Of a stretch of DNA of 20,000 nt, positions 12,092 through 20,000 are shown piece by piece. Position numbers and translations under genes: made by a program. The stretch lies in NCBI GenBank assembly GCA_029717555.1, contig JAMDHS010000024.1, forward strand, positions 235,606-255,605. Reading direction: 5' to 3'. The notes beneath the pieces are model-generated. The model did not search any database, had not been told where the DNA came from, and worked only from the letters and a program-made list of their open reading frames with translations. Origin of the DNA: Peribolospora baueri (Eukaryota). Within the stretch, counting starts at the first letter, position 1. Every line of letters starts with the position of its first letter.

Positions 12092-12537
12092 GTTGCCGGT
12101 GGTGGTGGTGCTGTGGAAGGGAGCGTTGGGGGGTATTGAACGTTATGTCGACCTTCGTCCACGTTTAATCAACCAATAAAAACGTTTTGTATCCACGTTC
12201 AACCTTTATCTTATCCCCGCCTACCCCCGCCCTCGTTTGCCTTCGACGCAGACGGCGACAGTCGAGGACGAAGGGAGAGAAAGGCGAGGGCGATATCGGG
12301 AACGAATCTTCAAGGCGCACCTTCATGGGTGAGCAGCCATTTGGATTACACGATGGAGCGACGAGTAAAAACATCTCGGATACATCGGTTGACGGACGAA
12401 TTGGGGTGCTGGAGCCTTGGAACTGGCTCGTTCACATTGGATGGCGGCCCGGACCGAACGCCGGCGGAGATGTGGTTATATTTGCTGCGCCGATCGGGAC
12501 CTCCCCTTCCAACTCTCCTGTCTTATACCAACTCACC

Positions 12538-14091
12538 ATGGCCCCCCTCAACTTCGCCGTCATCGGCTTTGGAATGTCTGCTAAAGTCTTCCACATTCCC
12601 CTCATCCGCTCCCTCGGCCCTCAGAAGGCAAACTTGCACACCATCCTCCAGCGCTCCGGAGATGAGTGCGAGAAGCTGTTCCCTCACGCCAAGCACTATA
12701 GGACTTTGGACGAGGTGCTCGCGGATAAGGATGTTGACGTGGTCGTCATTACCAGCATGTAAGCGTTGAATGGCATCTGTCTGTGTCTTTCAGTGCTAGC
12801 AGACCTCTGACACGTTGCATCGACACACTGGCAGCCCCGACACTCATTTCCCCTTCGCCAAGGCGACGCTGGAAGCGGGCAAGCATGGTAAGCCAGGAGG
12901 CCTTCGTTTCTTCCTTCGCGCTGTGTTCGCGCACTGACAAGTTTTCTGCTGTCCTGCCGTGCAGTCATCGTAGAGAAGCCTTTCACTGCTCGCTCGTCGG
13001 AAGCTGAGAAGCTCTGCAAGCTCGCGCAAGACAAGAATCTCGTCCTCGCCGTCTACCAGAGTGAGTCGATCCCACTTATCCAGACCGGACGCTGCGGGCG
13101 CCGCTTCCGGTACCGCTGAAGGGTCCTGCTTGCCCAGATCTACCCCTCTTTTGCACTCTCGTATTCTAGTAGAGAGACTTTCGCTGACCTCATCAGTTCT
13201 CCTTCCAATGCCAATCCAGACCGTCGTTGGGATTCGGATTTCCTCACCCTTCGCTCTCTGCTTAGCCCCACCGACGGCTCTCCCTCCCCTATCGGCACAC
13301 CCGTCCTTGTCGAAAGTCATTTTGATCGCTACGTGGCACCCGGCGCTGCCCCGCGCGCTGCGTGGAAAGAAGCTGGTGGAGAGGACGACCCTATAGGATT
13401 TTTGTATGACCTCGGGAGCCACTTGATCGATCAGGGTGAGTGGAGGACCATTCCGAAGTTCTATCACGTTCTCCCGCTCAACTGCACCTTCTTATGCGTT
13501 TTCGCTCGGTGTTCCTTCTTGTCAGCCGTCACCCTCTTCGGCCCACCGAGCACCGTCTCCGCTCGTCTCTCGGCCATCCGAGCTCAGCTAGGACACACGT
13601 CCTCTGCCGCGGACGACGACTTCTACGTGACGCTCACCTACTCTCATCTCCCCCACCTCACTGTGGTCCTAGCCGGAACGGCCCTCTCGGCCACCTCTCG
13701 CCAGCTCCGCTTCAAGGTGCGTGGCGACAAGGGCAGCTGGGAGAAGTACGGCACGGACCCCCAGGAGGACCAGCTCAAAGCGGGCCTCCGACCTGTCGAC
13801 GACGACGGCAAGCTCGTCGAGTCGTACGGCGTCGAGAGCGACCTCTCCTTGCGCGGCATCTTGACCGTGGTGGATGCGAGTAGCAAGCCTCTCGCCTTCG
13901 AGTCCAAGCCCGTGGAGACGAAACGAGGCACGTATCTCGTATTCTACGAGAACGTCTTCGACGCCATTCAGAAACGGAAGAGGGACGAGCTGGCAGTAAA
14001 GCCTGAGGAGGCGCGTGATGCGATCAGAGTACTCGAGCTGGCAAGGAAGAGCGCCAAGGAAGGGAGGGTGGTGAAGTGGGATGAGAAGTGA
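12538..14091 (+). CDS. Gfo/Idh/MocA family NAD(P)-dependent oxidoreductase (YdgJ/YhhX/IolW-like), ~383 aa. Exons 12538-12758, 12835-12887, 12965-13060, 13220-13435, 13526-14091
   Basis: AVIGFGMSAKVFHIP, AGKHVIVEKPF, VYQNRRWDSDF, ESHFDRY, LYDLGSHLIDQA, KYGTDPQEDQL; 1152-nt spliced frame. Confidence 0.92.
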
Positions 14092-14211
14092 AGAAAGGGC
14101 GAAAGAGGGACCTTCGTTTACTTTGGTTTGGAGTTATGTTCGTTCATTTGCTTGCACTGCTCCGCGGACTCGCTACGCTTCTCCGGGTTGCAATCAGTCT
14201 GGAAGACAAAA

Positions 14212-14406
14212 ATGACGACTCGCGAACGCCCAATTGCGGCGGCTTTTCACCTCTATGAAGTATCACTGAGCCTTGTACGCCAGCTCGACTGGTACCTGCG
14301 CCCGACGCCCTTCAAGTCTCGGCTCTTCAAGGACTACAGGTGCCCATACTGTGGCGTGATGCTCAACACACGCACCGCTGCGAAACATGTCTGCAAAAAG
14401 CAATAG
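14212..14406 (+). other. Small ORF (64 aa) ending in a zinc-finger-like motif CPYC-x11-H-x-C; coding status uncertain
   Basis: aaaATGACG...YRCPYCGVMLNTRTAAKHVCKKQ*; overlaps the left arm of the inverted repeat. Confidence 0.3.
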
Positions 14407-14519
14407 GTTTAGTGATATGCAAGCGACGAGGGAGCCCCGGGCCCCGTGTCGTTTCGCAGCGGTGCGTGTGTTGAGCATCACGCCACAGTATGGGCACCTG
14501 TAGTCCTTGAAGAGCCGAG
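14318..14519. repeat. Perfect 69-bp inverted repeat (14318-14386 and 14451-14519) with a 64-nt spacer
   Basis: Left arm ctcggctcttcaaggactacaggtgcccatactgtggcgtgatgctcaacacacgcaccgctgcgaaac is the exact reverse complement of 14451-14519, checked base by base. Confidence 0.97.
14320..14517. mobile_element. Candidate 198-bp MITE/foldback element with 67-bp TIRs and a 5-bp target-site duplication AGTCT
   Basis: AGTCT at 14315-14319 and 14518-14522 flanks perfect TIRs that begin CGGCTCTTC. No transposase is present in the window and copy number is unknown. Confidence 0.4.
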
Positions 14520-14755
14520 TCTCTATCTGGGAGGTCGATATATGAATTAATTTGCGCTTGTGCAGTGGACGCGCATACGTGACCCATCTCACCGCCGGCT
14601 TGCTTCTCAAACGATGACGAGGGGCTTCAAGTCATTTTGGTTTTCCTCTGGCGCAGCGTAGAGTCGTCTGAACCTCGGCCACGGCCACAAAACGAAGCGC
14701 GACCGTTTTCTCATCCCACGGTCTGGGCTCCGGCGCGTGACATCTCGGCAGGCCA

Positions 14756-16401
14756 CTAGTACTCCACAGCGTCGTCTCCACGTTGATCGGCAGCCTTCAT
14801 CTTCTCGGCGGCCACTTCTTGGCTCTCGTCCACTTCCATGCTCTCCCCCGCCGCTGCCGCCGCACCCTGCTTGTCCGCGGCGCTAGAGAGACTGCCGGTA
14901 GGTGGTGTACCATTCATCTCGGCGTCACCGTCATCCTGGGCAAGCGCGCAACGTGGGAAAGGCCATATCGCAATCAGCAGACTGCAATGAACGGCTTATT
15001 ACGGATCCCCGACACCGCTCACCTTTGCGTCACTCCTCTCCCTGGCCTCCGCAGACGAGTCATTAGGCCCTGGCAGCCGTGCCTTCTCTGCTTCTCTCCT
15101 CTTTACGCTCTCTTTCGCCTCCGTCAGCTGATCCTCCAAGTTCCTTCTCTCCGTTTGCCATCTTTCCCTGCTCTTTCGAACCTCCTTCTCCACCCGTTTC
15201 TTCTGCTTCTCCAGGGCCTCCTCTTGCTCCTCCGTCAGCTTAAACGGTCGGTAGTACAGCGGAACATGCGCCATCGATGCCGTCGCTGCGGCCGCTTCAG
15301 GATTGGCTCGTGCGCGTGCTGGAGGAGGGAGGGAGTAGGGAAGGTATGGAGCGAGAGGAGCAAGCTCGGAGGAGCTGCCCGTCGGTCCGTCATCGACATC
15401 CATAGACGACTCCGAGGGAGAGGACAGGCGTGGCACGGAAGGTGAAGAGGTGACCAGGTAGTTGGACAATCGGAGCTTTGCACTATGCCGTGCTCGATAC
15501 TGAAGGGAGAAAACAACGATGATCAGCTGACTCGGGCATAAGAGGCGGAAAATATTAGCGCCCCAGCAAAGGGGTCTATGACAGCTCACCGTCGCCTCCT
15601 TTCTTCGAATTTCCTCCTCCAGCCTCAAAACTGCGTGCTTCTCCATCTTTTCTTCCATCACCAACCGTTCCTTCTCCTCTGCCTCTCTCGCATCCCGCTT
15701 GAGCTTCTCCTGCAGCCGCTCTTCGACTTCTTGCCGGCGCTTCATCTAAGAATATATGATGTAAAGGGCAAACGGGAACATATAAAGAGTGTGACAAAGG
15801 CATAGCTTGTCAGAAGATGGACACTGCTATAGCTACGGCATCTCAATACAAAAGCATGACGTATTCGGGCGCTCGAGCGTGGGATGTGCACAACTTCGCG
15901 ATTGCAAATCTCCGCGCCTCCAAGCCGTGAACTCACCTTCTCCCCACCAAACCTCTTAGCACTATCCTCCTTGAAGCTATTCAGCGTGCCCATCAGCACA
16001 CCCATCATCCTCGACCCTCGAGCCCTGCCCTCCGCTTTGGCGTCTACTCGGCGCCGCTTCGCTCCATTGGCATCGCTTGTCTCCGCGAGAGCAGCTTCGG
16101 AGTTTACGGAGGCTTTCGAGATTTTCGTCTCAGCACCTTTTCCCTTTCCGTCGTCGTCCCTGGGCTCATCGGGGCGCTCGGGTTCAGCTGAAAGTGAGCC
16201 TTCCGGTGCCCCTGTCGTCGTTGGTTCCGATGAGCCGCCGTGCTCTCGGCCATTGGGCGAGCTGACGCCAGGATGGTGGTTACGGACGTGACAAGAAAGT
16301 GGTGGACGGTCAGCTACATCCTGTAACCTTTAGAACAGCGGGCACAATGCGTGGAAGAAGGATCCTCACCTCGCCCCACTTTGAGATGCTGCCTCTGCCA
16401 T
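14756..16401 (-). CDS. Pinin/SDK/MemA-domain protein (splicing/EJC-associated), ~389 aa. Exons 16401-16370, 16261-15937, 15745-15590, 15499-15023, 14935-14756
   Basis: RGSRMMGVLMGTLNSFKED...KRRQEVEERLQEKL, LSNYLVT, PLYYRPFKLTEEQE and an acidic C-terminus DDAVEY*; 1170-nt spliced frame. Confidence 0.82.
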
Positions 16402-16598
16402 TTCGAGTATCTCCCACCAGCTGTTTCGACGAACAAAGGCGGACCGATTGATGAAAGAGAGCGGAGCTGTCGATCACCACCTTACCCCGTCCGTCGTGGC
16501 GGCCGCAGCGCTCGAGCTTCCCACGGCTTTGCGAAGGTTCACCTTCCCGCGTCCACCTACATCTTGACATATACTTCATGCCCTCCCCCCAGCTCGCA
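16402..16598. promoter_or_regulatory. Very short (197 bp) divergent intergenic region, probable bidirectional promoter for pinin and SRP72
   Basis: Head-to-head ATGs at 16401 (-) and 16599 (+). Confidence 0.45.
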
Positions 16599-17850
16599 AT
16601 GCCGCCCAACCCCCGACCAGTATCAATTCCCAAATCCATGTCGTCCAAGAGTGGCAGCGGTACAGGCAAGGTCAAGCCGAACGCCAACAAGCCAAAAGGA
16701 GAAAGGCGGACGCCAAGGCCGGAAAAGGCGACCCGGTTGTTCACAACGCTCTACTCTCAGATTCAGGCGGGGTACTTCGAAAAGGCTGCGAGGACTTGTG
16801 ATAAGAGTGAGTCGTGCGCATGGTTTCTCCCGTTTTGCTTTTGGGTTGCCTTGTCTGCGCTCTGGCGATCAGACCAGACACCCTGCTCTAATCGTTCAGG
16901 CAGGCTTTAAGGTTGTGTCCTCATTTGTCCTGTCGTCCGCTCCATTCCATGCATCTGCCCTTCATGCACTTCCCACCTGCAGTCCTCGCTCAATCATCAG
17001 TAGGCCAGCCTGCAGCGCACCTGGCCCGAGAAGCCAAGTCCTGCCTGCTGATCCACCTGGATCGGTACGCCGACGCGCTTTCCGCTCTCTCTTCCCCCGC
17101 TGCCTCCACGGTGTCACCAGGAGGCGAGAACTCGGACGATAGTGCCCCAGCAGCTGCCCCTCAATCCGGCGCGAATCTGCTATCTGCAGACGATGGAGAT
17201 TCGTTCCCGGAAGCAGATCGAGAAAGAGCATACTGCCTATACAAGCTCCAGCGGGAGGAAGAGGCGCTCAAGCTAGTGAAGGTGATGAAGGAGCGCGATG
17301 GGGAGGCCGACAGGGGGTTGCTGCATTTGGAGGCTCAACTGGTGAGTCGAGTAGTATCAGCCCATGTTCTTTCCCTTCTCGTACAGCGATTACGGTGAAT
17401 GCACCAACACGGGCGTTCTGACATAGTGTCGGTCCCTGTCCTGCTATATATGACGGCAGCTGTATCGGTTGGGGAAGTACGAAGAATGTAGAGATATCTA
17501 CGAGGTCCTTCTCGACAGTTGTGATCCGGTAAGTCGCAGTGCACCGTCTTGACGGTCTTCTGGCAACGACATCGCCCTATCTGGTGGCGTTCGCTGACGC
17601 GTAAGACGCATCCTCGCTTCTTCCGCATCTGCCCCATCGATGATTCGACCAGGACTCTCCTGAATACGCCGACATCTCCAACAACCTGTCGACGGCGGAG
17701 GCCTTTCTCGCATTCGTCTCCCGTCCCTCTGCGTCCCTCGTCGCATCGACGACGTCGGTGTCGGTGGACGCTACTGCTCTGGAGGACGCGGGCACTCTCG
17801 CTGCTTCTGCTGCGCCGTCGAAGGGAGCGAGGGCTAGGAGCGAGCGATGA
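16599..17850 (+). CDS. SRP72: Signal recognition particle subunit SRP72, TPR-like region, ~277 aa, apparently lacking the C-terminal RNA-binding motif. Exons 16599-16806, 16983-17341, 17460-17528, 17653-17850
   Basis: RLFTTLYSQIQAGYFEKAARTCDKIL, ERAYCLYKLQREEEAL, RGLLHLEAQLLYRLGKYEECRDIYEVLL, EYADISNNL match the SRP72 N-terminal TPR pattern. Alternative in-frame ATGs exist at 16578 and 16638. Confidence 0.8.
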
Positions 17851-18559
17851 TGTAGGAGATACCCTAGAGAAAAGCCGACATGGAAGTGCAGGTTTGCCAT
17901 CGGCAGTTAGGAGTTAAGGAGAGAGAGCACTGGTGAAGAGACTTAAGGAGCGTCAGAGAGAAACAGATCTTTGAAGCGGCCCTCCTGCCACTTACGGATG
18001 CAGGACTTGTTGCCGGGACGCAGACGACGGGTTTCTATGCCCTCTGAGTTCGATCCATTACGTGAATTCGGGCCCGTCTGTTCCTCCCCCTTTTCCCAAG
18101 AGCATGTTTTGGCTCGTCTCCAGACTTGCATCGTGCTCTGAACAGAGACCATTCTGAACACTGACTGATCTCGAGCTGGGACGGCGTGTTGCCCTCTCCG
18201 CTGCGCGGATCGATCGCCGATCGGACAAAGCTCCGACTTTCGTTCGCGCTTTCTGGAGCCGACGCCGGTCCGTTGCACGGCTATCCGAGAATCGTACGGA
18301 CTGTGCTTCCATAAAATCCGCGACCTGAGCGAGAGGCATCATCGGGGCAGAACGACTACAACGGCAGAACCATTTAAGCCAACCGGAGTCTCCGTGCAGC
18401 CCTCACACGCCCTGTAGAAGAGGATCACCTGTCGCGACGACTACCAACACCACCGTGGCGTTTGCTTGAAGCTCGACCGACGACGAGCGCCGATTCTACT
18501 CCAGCGCCATTTTCTGCTCAGCGCTCCACCTGGCTTCCCGACTCGCCCGCGCATTCACC

Positions 18560-19716
18560 ATGGCCGCTCAGACGCCGCTGACCTTCAACTACAAGACGAC
18601 GGCGCAAGGCCTTTTCATCCCTCTCGACGTCTATTTGCCTCGCGACGTCAGCGCGAAGAAGCCGGTCAGACCCGTGGTCTGGCTCCACACTGGGGGCTTC
18701 TTGACGGGCACGAGGAAGTTCATCCCGCCGGTGAGTGTGAGGAGGCGATGGTGACCACCGTCGTCGAGAGGTCCGTCGGCTGTGTCGGTGTCGCCCGCTC
18801 ATCGCCTCTTCATCCTTGTTCGTCATCGTTGTCGTCACCGCCGCCGTGGTCTCAGCACTTCCTCCGCGCGGTAGACGCTCTGCACATCGCCGTCGTAGCC
18901 CCGGACTTTCGTCTCTGCCCGCAAGTGGACCTCACGGCGGTGCTCGAGGACGTGCAGGACGCGGTACGCTTCGTCTTTGACGGCTCCCTCCTCCGATCCA
19001 TCTCGACGGCCAGGCCGGAGATTCTTCTGTCGGACGGTTCCGGTTCGGGCTCTTCTCCGTTGGACACGTCCAAATGGGCTCTGCTCGGGAGCAGCGCTGG
19101 TGGCCTGGCTGCTCTTCTCGTCGGCCTGCGATCTCGGCAGATCTCTTGCGGCGCGGGGCAGATCCCCGAGCCGGCGGTCGTGGGAGCCATCTACCCGATC
19201 ACCGACGTCACTCGCTCTCGGTCCCCCTTTTTCTACCAGGCCGTCAGACCGCTTCCGTACGCCGACCCGGCCGGGTCGGTGATTGCGAAAGCAAAGGTGG
19301 AGGCCCATCTGAGGAAGGACGGAGAGGTGAAGACGTCTGCGGCGCGCGACGCCGAGCCGGACCGCGCGCAGCTGTACAACTACGCCCGCCAGGAAGGCAT
19401 CTACGCCTCCCTCGTCCTCCCTCCCGACGACGACGGCGAGGCCTTTTCTGTCATTGCCGAGGTAGAAGGACGACGAGGGAAAGGAGGCGCGGGCTCGGGT
19501 TCGGGCTCGGCGCTGCCTCCCGTATTCCTCGCGTATGGAACAGAGGACAGGCCGGTGCCGTGCGAGCAGAGCGAAAAGCTGGTGCGCGCGCTCGAGGCCG
19601 GCGAGCACGAGTACGACGTGTCAGTCGTGCAAGGGGCCGATCACCTCTACGACATGGCGGCAGACGTGGAAGAGCCGAAGCTGTGGGCGTTCGTGAAGAA
19701 GCATCTGACGGACTGA
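18560..19716 (+). CDS. HSL-like alpha/beta hydrolase (esterase/lipase), ~343 aa. Exons 18560-18730, 18856-19716
   Basis: LDVYLP, VVWLHTGGFLTG, APDFRLCPQ...LEDVQDA, nucleophile elbow GSSAGG, acid residue in GTED, histidine in GADH; one GTGAGT...CAG intron; 1032-nt frame. Confidence 0.9.
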
Positions 19717-20000
19717 CTGAAAGCAAGAAGAAAATGTAGCCGACGCAAGCCCAAAGAAAGGACTTTGGCGGACAGAAGTTTGTACCGTTCGTTTATTCGG
19801 TAGGATCAGATCGTCTGCGACGAGAGAGGCTGACTAGACGTCGCATCGCGCATCGGTTCTTGTGGACGAGGAGTCGACTTGGAATTGGAATCCAACCCGA
19901 ACCCCAACCGCGTCCCATGGAGACTCCCATCTCGTGTTCCCGCGAGTCGGCCCGTGAACGACGAGCTCTAAAAAAAACGGACCGACAGCAGAGGGAAAAA

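Noticed and set aside
12187..12537. In-frame upstream extension of the oxidoreductase (ATG at 12325, +71 aa)
   Set aside because: It does not resemble a targeting peptide, the family N-terminus starts at MAPLNFAVIG with good ACCATGG context, and the region is the shared promoter with HIS3
3351..15589. Six in-frame, stop-free introns (NOP56 i4 and i7, hydratase i5, HIS3 i2, oxidoreductase i4, pinin i3)
   Set aside because: A rough expectation for 42 short GC-rich introns is about 4-5, so there is no clear enrichment. They explain why the ORF track reads through introns.
18046..18056. GAGTTCGATCC, resembling a tRNA T-loop or Pol III B box (tRNA or SRP RNA gene)
   Set aside because: The flanks do not form a T-stem, and there is no A box, cloverleaf or SRP helix-8 motif
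66..19739. Numerous long shadow ORFs in the track (e.g. 66-569 +, 14783-15445 +, 16351-17142 +, 18835-19608 -, 19074-19739 +)
   Set aside because: They are antisense or off-frame overlaps of GC-rich real exons with no recognisable motifs
19714..19803. TGA-CTG stop context in the hydrolase as cryptic peroxisomal read-through
   Set aside because: The extension (LKARRKCSRR...YRSFIR*) does not end in a PTS1, and the context is not the TGA-CTA motif

Overview
Eukaryotic, intron-rich, gene-dense fungal DNA, probably a basidiomycete (inferred from the short SRP72 architecture, the pinin C-terminus DDAVEY and the intron style). I rebuilt ten spliced protein-coding genes by hand, all with frame-consistent exon sets. 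In order: an AcuM/Rds2-type Zn2Cys6 factor (-, runs off the left edge), NOP56 (+), a stand-alone peroxisomal enoyl-CoA hydratase 2 ending in SKL (-), proteasome alpha1 SCL1 (+), a YTP1 membrane protein (+), HIS3 (-), a Gfo/Idh/MocA oxidoreductase (+), a pinin-domain protein (-), SRP72 (+) and an HSL-like alpha/beta hydrolase (+). Three things are not explained by these genes. (1) A perfect 69-bp inverted repeat (14318-14386 / 14451-14519) lies between two convergent genes; it is bounded by an AGTCT direct repeat and each arm encodes the same CPYC zinc-finger-like peptide. (2) SRP72 stops at 17850 without its RNA-binding PDPERW motif and runs into sequence carrying an antisense intron. (3) The NOP56 3' region is structured and has box C/D-like motifs. 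No tRNA, rRNA, CRISPR array or transposase was seen.
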